From: Antedon mediterranea
Taxonomy: Eukaryota > Animalia > Echinodermata
NCBI RefSeq assembly: GCF_964355755.1
Contig: NC_092675.1
Span: forward strand, 26,570,912-26,634,911
Length of the DNA: 64,000 nt
Reading direction: 5' to 3'
Every line of letters starts with the position of its first letter. Within the stretch, counting starts at the first letter, position 1. Both the position numbers and the translations under genes were made by a program. The notes beneath the pieces were generated by a model. The model was given only the letters and a program-made list of their open reading frames with translations, ran no database searches and was not told the origin of the DNA. This document shows positions 1-11,590 of this stretch, piece by piece.

Positions 1-77
1 ACTAACCGACCGACCGACAGACCGACCAAACGCCTGACATAGTGAACTGTAGAGTAGTGTTTGCACGCGACTAAAAC
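1..77. mobile_element. End of a Helentron/HINE-like non-autonomous repeat; related copies at ~4006-4086 (inverted), ~53385-53428, ~54465-54520
   Basis: Recurring (ACCG)n microsatellite followed by ACATAGTGA(A/G)CTGTAGAG and the hairpin-like TCGCGTTGCACGCGACT-AAAA. The repeat is seen directly; the family call is inferred from resemblance to DINE-1/HINE structure. Confidence 0.55.
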
Positions 78-744
78 ACGCCCATTTTGTGTAAAAATCA
101 AACATCTTATTATAGGAATATTAGATCACCAACTGCAACAATATAATCTATCCAAAAGTTAAAAACACGTTCAACAACGTTCAATAATTATTTCTATCCA
201 ATATCATGACTGTCAGCCAATCAGCAGTTGTAGTACAACCACGAGATGCAAAGATAGAACTCAACAGTATAGAGCCTCTCCTTTCTGGCACAGCGTTTAA
301 GGGCATATTTTTTTCAAGAGGACACACTTTCCCGTCATAATTGAGGGAAATATTATAATATATTTTAACCATGGAGGTATAACCCCCAAATCCTATCAAA
401 AGACAATTTTATGGTTGGGTATGGAAGGTGTAAATAAAAAACCGGTTTTAACCGGTATTTCATTTACACCTTTAAAATTTAAAATCTGTCCTATCTTCTG
501 TGCCTTGTAGCTGTGTTGATGAACAAATAACATATTATTCCAATCTCAATATCTCCTACGTAAATACACTTTGGCTATTGGCTATTTGCCGGAAACAGAG
601 ATCACTGGGGTAGATTGTTCACTTTCATTAGTCACCGAACTTGTCTCCAGTTTAATTTTCTTTCTTCTTTTTTTATTTATAGAACCAGTTTCTATTTTTG
701 GTTGCGATATCTTGTACAAATAGAACGATTTTAGGTCTATGTTC

Positions 745-862
745 TATAAAAAAGCTCAAGCAAAAGAAATGATCATTCGACTTGTGACGGTGGACCTAAA
801 CGGACGGATCTCATTCCAAAATATATCTAAAGCAATTCGTTTCAAGATTTATTAACGTAAGT
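745..862 (+). promoter_or_regulatory. Probable SCD core promoter and non-coding first exon
   Basis: TATAAA at 745-750, initiator-like TCATT about 28 nt downstream (773-777), donor GTAAGT at 857, acceptor ttacaatag ending at 1443 just before the ATG; CCAAT/ATTGG boxes near 540 and 577. Confidence 0.55.
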
Positions 863-1446
863 TGAGTTATCATTCTTTCAAGCTCCTGATTTTAAAAAAA
901 TGTATTTATTATTATAGGTACCACTTATAATTGTTTATAACTATTGGTTAATTCAATTAATAAATCGGTAAATGTATTCATTTGTATTATAACAAACAAA
1001 TACATTGTTGGTAAACCCTGAACGTTTTACAATTGTTGGAGACAATTCACTTGTTTAGCTGATTATTGTTACCGAATGAATTGAAACATGTCAGTAGCAT
1101 GCACAATTTACATTTTTAAATATGTTATCCGATGTCCGATGCTTTTAGTTTAAATTCGTCGTTGGAAATCTAATAATGTGAAACGGTTTAACAACCAAAC
1201 AACATGGAAAAGGAAAAAAAATATAAAAAAATATACGAATAAAAACTTAAGACCTAAAATGTATTTATAGTAGTTATTTTTAAGTCTAGTTTTAAGTTTA
1301 TTACCTGGCCATTATTCATAATATATGCATTTGTTTAAAACTTAAATTTATTTTCATGCTATTGAGAAATTGACAGTAATTATAGGTATGACACGCCCTC
1401 TACGCCGAATGTTTTAATGGAATATACGTTTTCTTTACAATAGAAA

Positions 1447-3728
1447 ATGGCTCCAAGCCCAAATGAAGCGATTGTACATCACGCCATTTTCAAAGATGAC
1501 GCAATGAAGGAACTTTTGTTTGACCAAGTTACAGAAGAAGATCAACCTACACCACGTGACTATGAAGTGGTTTGGCTGAACGTAATTATCATGGCACTGA
1601 TTCATGTAGCTGCAGTTTATGGTCTGTCGCTGATTGGACAATGTGAACTGATGACGCTAATGTGGAGTAAGTTCTATAGGATAACATATGCATATAATTA
1701 AAACTATGGTGTTTTTCTAACAATTACGTTTTTATCCTTATATAGCAATTTTATTGGATTAGATTCACGCTGAAACTATATTGGATTTTCCTATAAACAG
1801 TACACGAAATTATTGACGATAACAAAGCTAGTCTTGTCAACTTAATTTGGACTATCAGTTCTGTAGAGAACTGGGTAAAATAACTTTTTTTTTCAATCTT
1901 ACTGTAGGTACATTTCTATGGTTTTGGACAGAGGTTGGTGTAACAGCGGGATCACACAGACTGTGGGCACATCGCAGTTACAAGGCTAAGTGGCCCCTTC
2001 GCCTATTGTTAGCTGTACTTACTCTTACGGCACATCAGGTAGGCTTGGTAAAATATTCAAAATCGTTAATATCCATTCTATTTTGGTTAATTTTTATCTT
2101 TGCTAAATTTGTTTTTAATACCTTAATAGATGTTACATACGTCACAAGAAATGTGCTTGTTTACCGGAATGCAACCGATGTTATCTAGCTTTCTGATAGG
2201 ATAAAAGTAGTTTGCAAAAAACATCAAATATAATTCTAGAGGGCGGGTGCCTATCTACTGAAGGCCATTCTATTTTTGGTCCATTTTACCTTGCTGCATA
2301 TATTTATCATACTTTAATATCTTATGTTACATAAATCACAAGAAACATGCTCGTTTATGTAATATAATACAACCGATGTTATCTAGCTTTCTGTTAAAAT
2401 AAAAAGCCTAAAACAACAAAATATAACTATAGAGGGCGGTGTCGATCTGCTAAATGCCATTCTATTTTAGGTTCATTTTATCCTTGCTGCATAGATTAAT
2501 ACCGTATATATTAATAATTATTTTATTTATTTTCTATTTTTTTATTTTATTTTTCTATTTTTTTTTAATGTTACATAAATCACAAGAAACTTACTTGCTA
2601 GATGTAATCTAGCTCTATGATAGGATAACAGTACTGTGCCTAAAACATAAACATATAACTCTAGATGGCGTATGTATATCTCCTAAAATTGTTAATGTAC
2701 AATGTTGAATCATGCATTTTTATTATTTTCATACATACATAATTCAATTAACTAATGATTGATTAAATTCACATTATAGAATAGCATATTTGAATGGTCA
2801 CGTGATCATCGGGTTCATCACAAATTTTCTGAGACGGACGCTGATCCTCACAACGCAAAGCGTGGATTTTTCTTCTCTCACGTCGGTTGGCTTCTGGTGA
2901 AAAAACACCCTGATGTGATCAAAAGCGGTCAGAAAATTGATCTCTCAGATTTGACAAACGATCCTATCGTAAAATATCAACACAAGTAAGATGTTTTGTT
3001 AACTCTATAAGAAAATTGTTGTTACTTTGCCGGGCAGTATAACTGTCACTTATCCTGCACTACGTTAAAATAATAAATAATCTAGAAACACATTTCTGTC
3101 TACTAAGTTTAGGTTGTGACGTAGGCCTACGATAAAAAGGAAACAGTATTAACATATTCCTTTGTTCTTTTGTAGGTATTACTTTGTTATGATGCCCCTG
3201 TTTTGTTTCATCATACCGAGTTTAGTTTCAACGCTATGGGGTGACACTGTATGGAATGGGTACTTCGTTGCTGGGGTATTGCGCTACGTGTTGTCATTGA
3301 ATTGCACGTGGCTGGTCAATAGTGCTGCCCACATTTGGGGCAATAGACCATATGATGAGTAAGTTAACCCTTCAGTAACCATGGACTTGCTGTGACTTTT
3401 GTTAGATAAAATGGATGGATACTTATAGTAAAAATTCTTGAAATTTGAATTTCGTTTTTCTTGCAGGAATATTAACCCGGCAGAGAACATATTTGTAGCT
3501 GGTCTAACAGTTGGCGAGGGCTGGCACAACTACCATCACACATTTCCTCAAGACTACCGCGCTGGAGAACTCGGCTGGCGCGTAAACCCCACTACGATAT
3601 TTCTAGACTTCATGGCTAAACTTGGCCTAGCTTACGATTTAAAAACTGTAAGCCCAGCAGTAATAAAGGCAAGAATAGAAAGAACTGGCGATCAGAAATT
3701 ACGAAACATTGGAGATAAGCACGACTGA
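1447..3728 (+). CDS. SCD: Acyl-CoA delta-9 desaturase (stearoyl-CoA desaturase), 5 coding exons, 333 aa
   Basis: Exons 1447-1666, 1908-2038, 2780-2985, 3176-3358, 3467-3728, all GT-AG and in frame (1002 nt). All three His boxes present: TAGSHRLWAHRSYKA, DHRVHHKFSETDADPHNAKRGFFFSHVGWLL, GEGWHNYHHTFPQDY. Confidence 0.97.
2125..2680. repeat. Three degenerate ~200-240 bp tandem units in an SCD intron
   Basis: GTTACATA..TCACAAGAAA...ATCTAGCT...TAGA(G/T)GGCG blocks recur near 2131, 2326 and 2569. Confidence 0.75.
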
Positions 3729-5105
3729 ACGTGAACATAAGTAATATTGTGACTCAACGTTATACGACCAAGAAAGAGAAGTAGTAGTAATTTAGAAGCG
3801 TAAAACACTATTATATAAAGTGAGGTGAAGGCCTAACCTGTACCATCGCAACCACATTTTATTTATTTCATTACATCATTTATTTCTGAAATTTAGCTTT
3901 GATAAAATATCGGGTTGTCGATTTGTCACAATTCAGATATTCACAAGAATAATAATAGTTATAGAGTTACATTTCTTTATACAAAAAATACACTTCGACG
4001 ACGGTTTTTAGTCGCGTGCAACGCGAATCTACAGCTCACTATGTCAGTTGGTTGGTCGGTTGGTCGGATGGTCGGTCGGTAAACACTAAACACTAAACAC
4101 TAACGCGACTGCGTTATAGTTAGTGTCGTGAATACTATTAAGATGAATCTGTATACAGTAACTGGAGTATTTCCCCTGGTTCAGTCTTAAATAGTATTCC
4201 TGAAGGAGACCGACGATAGACAATGAAAGGAAAGAATGTAAAAAAAACGGCAGCTGACAAAGACAATAGAAATGAAATGAGAAAACAAAAGACGCTAACT
4301 CAAAGCAGAAAGGTAGAGTGTACACATGGCAGCCGGTGGGCTGTCAATCTGCCAGGTACTTTTTGAAACATTCTTGGGCCTAGCAAAACAGCAAAGAAAT
4401 TTCAGATTTGAACTATGAAAATGTACTTACTTTTCAAGATGGCCAATTAGATCTTGAACTCTTCTATCTAAATTAATTAGCTAGACATTTTTTCAGATTA
4501 AAAGCAACGTTATGTTTGTCCTTTATGTGTGCGTGTTCCGATCCTGATACCATAACAAATTAGTCGGCTGGGAAGGATTTCCGACTCTACATCAAAGCAA
4601 GTCACGATCGAAAACCATTATACGCCTAAAACTAAAATCTTTTTTTACTCCTGCTTGTTTTTCAGTTATTGGTTTTTTGTTATAAATAAATTGAACCGTT
4701 TTACAAACAATTGTAAATATAGGTTATAATATATATATTAATTCCCTATAACTTGTAAAATAGTAAAATAACATTGAAATAATTGCAATTTATGAATTAT
4801 TATTTTAACACAAATAAGCACGAGTTATGTTGAATAATTTGCATTATATCTTAATGCTAGTTTGTGTGGTTGGTGTGCAATCCAATTTATAAATAAACAT
4901 TTTATTTTACTGTGTTGTAATATTTGTATTAATGTTTAGTTTGAAATAAAACAAGAACATTTATACAAAAATGTTGATGGAAGTTTATTAATTAATGTTT
5001 GATACTGTAATGTAATACAGAGTGTCGCGGGATTCACTTATTTTTTTTATTATACAGAGAAAGACAGCTTTAAACAGCAACGGTTGACATCAAAATACAC
5101 ATGTA

Positions 5106-5209
5106 AAGCTCTATCTACAATATCAAACTAGTAGCAAATATGGTAGTGATATGTCCATAGGCACATCACATTTTTTTGTCACATAAAGTTTGATAGTGTA
5201 GACAGAGTT
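5106..5209. mobile_element. MITE family with TIR AAGCTCTGTCTACACTATCAAACT; other copies ~15297-15472, 15868-16050, 20252-20392, 23185-23349, 23604-23764, 63241-63409
   Basis: Ends AAGCTCTGTCTACACTATCAAACT / AGTTTGATAGTGTAGACAGAGCTT, internal ATATGGTAGTGAT repeats, TAA/TTA flanks (Harbinger/Tourist-like by inference). Confidence 0.85.
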
Positions 5210-5526
5210 TTAGATACATGGAAAGCAGAATAATACATTATAATACACTACTAACAAATGAATAAGAGGATACATGTATTTAGGCCTATCTATAAACTGT
5301 TTATTTAATTATGGCGGTGAATTGCATATTTAATGTGGTGTCCATAGATTGATTTTTAACAGAACATGTATATTTTCAGGAAAGTCGAAGTATTGGTAAC
5401 GTCAAAAAGCTGATTAAAATCTCGAGTTATCTGTATCTCCAATATGGGTCGAAATATTAAACAGCACGCCCTCTCTCGCTTTTTCCTTTTGCCAAGTTTT
5501 GTTAACGCAAAATACAGTTTGATGGT

Positions 5527-8283
5527 TTATTTTAAACACTGACATACTTGTTCAAATATTGTTTTCATATCTGGAGTGTTATTATCAGCAATTTTATATG
5601 ACACTATATTCTGCATTGCATATGGAAGATCACAGCCTTGTAATACAATCGGTAAAAGACAACTAAACCTGCGCCAAAGAGTCTCGAAAAAAGCTCTGTC
5701 AAGCAACCAAGAAGTTATTGAATCTTCGAGAAGGTCTATAGAAACTATAGCGATGACATAACTACTATTATATATTAAACTAGCGTAACTCCTGGTGATG
5801 TCTTCTCCTAAACGTTTATTTTGTTTCAGAGTACATATTCTAAAACCGTTTTTGGTAAGTCGGTGGAGTAACTCGTTACCAATGACGTCACCATCACCAA
5901 TTGATAACAAAAATGCATCATCTAGGAAGAAAGTAAATTATTAATTTTAACAAGTCATCAATTTTAATTTTTCCTTAAATTACAAAACCATAAACCTAAT
6001 GCCTTTACTACTTACATCTTTTTGCTAAATTAATTGCAACAGAAGACTCGGTCGTTTGTGTTTCTTTGTCATGTGATTCGGCGTTCTAAAAATATAATCG
6101 TATTATTTATCATTTAATAATATCTATATCATTTGGTATAAAAATATGTACCTAACAATTTAGAAATAGACAAAACTGATGCACGGAACAGCCATCAATT
6201 CGAAGTTAATTGTACGCAGATGTTATTTTTATAGTCTTGTTTCTTTCCTTAAGTGCTTGAAATGGAAAGAAGAAATAACAATTTCAAGTGGTAAAAATCA
6301 ATCAAAGACAACCGGGAATAATTAGCGTTATTGTGACTGTTTAAGCGTGGTTCCCACTACCGACGCAATACAAGGACGTAACGCAACGCAAGTGAATTGA
6401 CCAATCACAAGCGATGTCTTATTCGCTTGTGATTGCTAACTGTCTATAACTTCGCTTGTCATTGGTTAAAACGCTTGAGTTGCGTTTACGTCCTTGCGTT
6501 AGGTTCTAGTGGGAACCAAGCTTTAGTGTCTGTTCCTTGGAATTTTACAGTTGTTTTACCCACTTCGAATACTTACCGATTCCAACATACATGTACAATT
6601 TATTCTACTGATTCTATTAGTTTTATTCACACACTTGGAGCAAAATGGCAGTAACGCTGCGTAACTCTTCTCTGGCAGACTCGATTCTGGTGGATGTGAT
6701 AGCCGTCTCTGAACGAGTTCTTGAGAAAGTATCAAATAATTGTCTGTACCGCTTGGGCAACTAGCAACAGCACTTAGTTGCGGCCTAGAATGTAAATTGT
6801 AATTATGTAAATGTTGATCTGTGTTTCCCTGGATAAGTGTACCTAATGTATCTTTTTCCGGAATGATATTTTCAGACTGCTGAGAACTATTTAGATTTTG
6901 TTTCTCCTCTTCTTTACATAAATATGATTCCGTTGTGTCATCGGATAAGTTAGCACTGCGATTTCCATTGAAGTATTTAAACTCGGTCCCAATTGATACA
7001 TCTTTTGATCTAGTCTTAAAATTTTGTCTCTGTAATTTGAAAGAAAATAAAATCAGAGTAGCATTGAGTTTATTAAAGGCACATGAGTTTTTAAATCATA
7101 ATTACATCAGTCTACAGAAAAACAACATAATAAACGAAATTCAGAAACATAATTTCATCACCCCAATATTAACGATTTGATTTGAATGTTAGACACACAC
7201 ATTACTTCTTTGCACGTATTTTAAGGAGATGAGTTTTTTGTTATTCGTAAATTTGTTACATACCTTTGAACTATTTTCTTCTATAATGTTAAATACTATA
7301 TCTTTTTTAAGGGACATCACATGTTCAAATGCACGGTTAGCAACCTACGAAAGCAACCAAGTTCAATTACTGGTACAGTATAGCATTATCATTAAGACGA
7401 TCAGACACACGTGAGAACAAAATTAGGGATAATAAATAAATTAAAAGGAAACATTATACGGCTCTTTCCAACTTGTTTGCCGGATACAATATGTAAACAT
7501 ATGACAGAGAAAGCATAACACATTCACATTTTATTTACGACTTTCTGGGTTTATAAAAATAATGCTTGTTATGTACATCCTTCAATTGTAGTAGAAGCAG
7601 AATATTACAAGAAACGAAAATAATGCAACATAACAAACCAACATGTCTTAACTGCTCCTTTTGTTCTTTTTTCACAGAGGACCAAAGTGGATGACTAGGC
7701 AGTTTTTCGTCAATATATCTAGAAATGTTTTACATAAAGAACATATAGGCCTATATGAAAAATACAATATTCTCGTATTTTATGAACTTTATTAAGTAAT
7801 ATATTATACCTATACTTCTATATAAATGACGTTAGTCAATCAAAGGCATTTTACTGTGATGAGTTAATCTATAATATTCACCGTCACAGTCTGTTCTTAC
7901 ACACTTCTGTGTAAGAAGTTTAGATTTTAATACTTACATACAAATCCTGTTATACAAAACAAATTTTTCATCGTTTAAGTGTGGCTTCAACTTGTTTGCC
8001 TAGAAAAACACATTTATTCACTAAAATATAGTACAGGTCAGTACTTAAACGGGTTTTTAATTGAGTTGTTCATGAATCCCCATCATTGAAATAAGTGAAT
8101 CCTATTATGGAAGATTGGAATACCAACTAAAAGTTCTTTAGCAAAAATTCTTTTTAACTTCATCATCAGCTATATACGTAGAACGCCTAACTAGACATAG
8201 TTAGGCTACAAATGCATGTCAATTGACAACTTCGTAATCTTTAGTTATTGTTAAAACAAAGTTATTATTATTATTATTAGTGG

Positions 8284-8317
<34 letters not shown>

Positions 8318-9285
8318 TATTGCCAAAAACCAGTTACAAACAAACAAAACACAGAAACTAAGGGAGTAGGCAGGAACCTAAAAGTGAACCTAATCACTAT
8401 AACAAGAGTTCAGGTTCAGTACTCCCAAAGTAACAACAATGATATAAAATAAACTATATAAAAATATTTAAAAAACAAATAGACGAATCAACCGAGTCAA
8501 TATAAAATAAACGGATAAAATACATAATAGTCGATTCAACAAAGTTAATATAAAACATGTGATTTAAGTGAATTTAAAAATATTTGAAAACTGTCTAAAA
8601 TTAAAGAATTTTTAATCATTTCCGGTAATTCTTCCCACAACCTAGGGAATATATTAATAGCGGAATGATGAAGACAATTGGTTCGAGCATAGTGATGAAT
8701 GAACTTAAGTGTATCAAGGTGACGGCCATTAACAACTATAGATTGACGAACACTACTACAATCAACCGTTCCAATAAGTGATTTACAAACAAAGGATAAC
8801 AGAAGATAATTTCTTCGATTAGATAGTGTAGGCCAATTTAGCCTAGTAGCCCTTCACTGGACTGCCTCGATACGTTCCGTAAGTTTTTTGGTTCGAGGTA
8901 ACCACGCTGGGACACCATATTCAAGGATGGGGACAATGAGAGCTTTATAGAGTGAGAAAATAGCTGAAGGGGATGATCCTCCTGCAATACTAGGTACTAA
9001 TATTATTGTACGTATACCTAAGTTAGGCCGTTTCGATTTTTTGTCTGGAAAATCTCAAACAGTATACGTATGAAATGCCGTGTGTGCCAAATATGTATCT
9101 TTAAAATATTTTAAAAGTTGAAATTCAGTCTAGAACTTAGACTAGATTACCTTTGATAACATGGCAGATGCAAACTGAATACACCCATCAATGCTTGAGA
9201 GTTTTTGAACTTCTATCTTTCTAGCACGATCCAATAGAATGTTATAGCGGGAGACGCAATCCGATGACGTGGGTGCTTTGGCCAT
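5527..9285 (-). CDS. MIT-like (AMSH/USP8_dimer-type) plus TIR domain protein, 7 coding exons, 423 aa
   Basis: Exons 9285-9151, 7999-7938, 7718-7643, 7344-7264, 7029-6577, 6085-6016, 5921-5527; splice phases match throughout (1272 nt). N-terminal ...EKFVLYNRICIYIDEKLPSHPLWSS...LRHVANRAFEHVMSLKKDI resembles STAMBP ([24 protein letters not shown]...LKEIAFPKAEELKAEL). C-terminal YDAFLLS...NGFRIC...NSSYVIAIVS...CLLPIVL...LPYAM is a TIR pattern. Confidence 0.85.
6344..6522. mobile_element. Palindromic MITE in an intron of the MIT-TIR gene
   Basis: AGCGTGGTTCCCACTA ... TAGTGGGAACCAAGCT ends with inner inverted CAAGGACGTAA/TTACGTCCTTG; TTA flanks. Confidence 0.8.
8310..8990 (-). mobile_element. Decayed CR1/L2-type LINE 3' fragment
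   Basis: Minus strand reads LYKALIVPILEYGVPAWLPRTKKLTERIEAVQ*RATRLNWPTLSNRR, typical of the post-RT region of CR1-group ORF2; in-frame stop; ends at an (AAT)n tail. Confidence 0.8.
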
Positions 9286-10822
9286 CCCAGGTACCTCAAT
9301 TGAAATAAATCCTTTCAGATAAAAAAAAATATTAACCCAACATTTATCAGCTTATTTTCATAATATAAGTTAAATATGACTTCTAGTGATTGTTCGTTTG
9401 TTTGTACAGTTAAATTAATTGCAATAAGTGAGAGATTAAGAGATTAAATGGAGGTCGGCAAGAAAAATCTTACACCGATTATACTATACTATATTTCCTC
9501 TATAGCTGAAAGAATTGAAATCGAACGAGTTCATAACACAGAAGAAATCCTATTATGTTCTTATACTGAGATTCCCTCTTTTTTTTTTAGTTTTTTTTAA
9601 AAATAAACAGTAACTGTATTGGAAAATGCGTCCGTATCTCTAACATTGTTCCATGGACCAAGGCATATGCCTACTCTACCATAATAATTCATTCAGTATG
9701 GCAAGAATTGGTAACAATTTCCAAACCTTTAATGGGTAAAAAAATGGTATGATTAGGTAATAGGCCTCGGAACAACAAAGCAAAACTGTTCTAGTGTAAA
9801 CTACAGCTACACTCAATTGACTTTAACTACAATACTTCATATACAGTGCACTCATCAAAATGAAATCAATGGATTTTACCCTATATAGCATGGAGCTTTA
9901 TAGTTGTTGGAAAGGTTGATGCAGCTTAAACAATGCCGATTAGTTGTCTTTCCTAAAGTGTAATTGTGGCTTATATTCCGCAGCGAAGTGTAGGCCTACA
10001 CCAATATAATATACATTGAATTATTATAAGAGGCGGATGTGACGACAGTCGATTAATGTTCTAAAAATAAGTGAGTCCACACAAGTAACAACACAAGGGT
10101 ATTGTTAATGGTAGATCAACTGAAGAGGTATACATCTAAGTTTTTGTAGTTTGTTTAGAGTGGAAAACCCGTATTCTAAATACAGTACAAACAGGTAATG
10201 TAAGAATAGTTAAAATATCGGCGGGTTTATTTAATATTTGTTACTGCTATAAAGGCAACAGTATGCCACTACTATGAAATATAGGTCCGCTCTACAAATT
10301 ATGAGAGATGATGATCCATTTTTCTTCTTCGTATAAAAAACACCCATATACCTATTTTATTTTCATAAACTTGTTAAGGTTCATTTAAGTGATTTTTTTC
10401 AGGTGGTTCAGGATGGTTGTAGTTAAACATAATTAAAAATGGTATAAAATGTTATAATTAACAATGAGAACATGCTTTGAAGTTTTAGTTTAAGTTTAGT
10501 TTAAGTTGTTTTAAAATGATGTTGTTATGTGTTAAATGTGTCGTAGGGCCCCTCATAAGAGCAGTTTTTATTATTACTGAGAGGGCTACCCTACTAAAAG
10601 AAAACGAAATAAATAAATAAATAAACTTGTCCGAATGAGACATGAATCCAGTACGTGTAGCCCAATTGTTTAAGTAATAATACCGTATCTCTAATTTGCT
10701 AACAATATTGATTGGGACTCAATTGAACGTACCTATACCTAGGCCTACCTAACAAATGTCTGATTTAGTTTTGGTTACCTTTACTATTGACACGGCCAAT
10801 ACTCTCTGTTGTAAGTAATGAG

Positions 10823-11146
10823 CAAAGAACTTATAACACAAGAATCTCCTGTTCTTCAATTTGCATTCAAAACACAGTATCGGAAGTACAGGGTTAAAAG
10901 GTCAAACTGGGCGACGCCATTTCACAGCATGGAGCAGCGCCCCCTCCAAACTAGGAAATCAATTACTCTACCCCCCTAGAGTATTAGCAGGATCCCCTCT
11001 ATGATTTTGACTTTCTAATTTGATGCGGGCGCCCTACTCCATGGCTCACAATGGCGCCACCCATAGCTCTATTCTATCCCACAATGCCTTTCGAAATTGT
11101 TACGCGCTTTGGACGAACAGGAGATTCTTGTGTTATAAGTTCTTTG
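10823..11146. mobile_element. ~325-bp MITE with ~30-bp perfect TIRs
   Basis: CAAAGAACTTATAACACAAGAATCTCCTGTTC at 10823 and its exact reverse complement ending at 11146. Confidence 0.85.
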
Positions 11147-11590
11147 GTAATGAGTCATTTCGTTCGAGACACAAGTTTAGAAACGTAGCCAGCCTCATTT
11201 CTTTACGATTTATATACTCTGATCAATGAATTGTTAACAGGATAAATAACTAATGAGCGCCCTCTGGCCTTTCTACTGCGGGGTATATTTAAACGAAAGT
11301 ACATTAAATACGTCTATATATTGTACACATAGTCTAATAGTCTTTCTTTAAAAGGTAATCTTTTAATATGTTGAAACTTTACCGTATGATATCGTATTTG
11401 CGGTGTCAATGTCATTTGGTGTTCGGCACTCTGCGTCCCGGTTTTAGCTTACACTGAGCTGTAAACAGGAAAAGATATAGAATACACCACGCCTCTTGCG
11501 GAACTATTGATTTCTCATTAGTTGAAATGACTGGAATACAGTATTAAGTAAGTAAAGAAAGTCGCTGAATTTTGGAATCATCACTTTAAA

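Noticed and set aside
6150-6256. Possible extra exon in the MIT-TIR gene
   Set aside because: Stops in all three frames from the best acceptor; exon end 6577 joins 6085 in frame without it.
6785-6842. Apparent small GT-AG intron in the MIT-TIR gene
   Set aside because: The frame reads straight through; splicing it out creates a stop.
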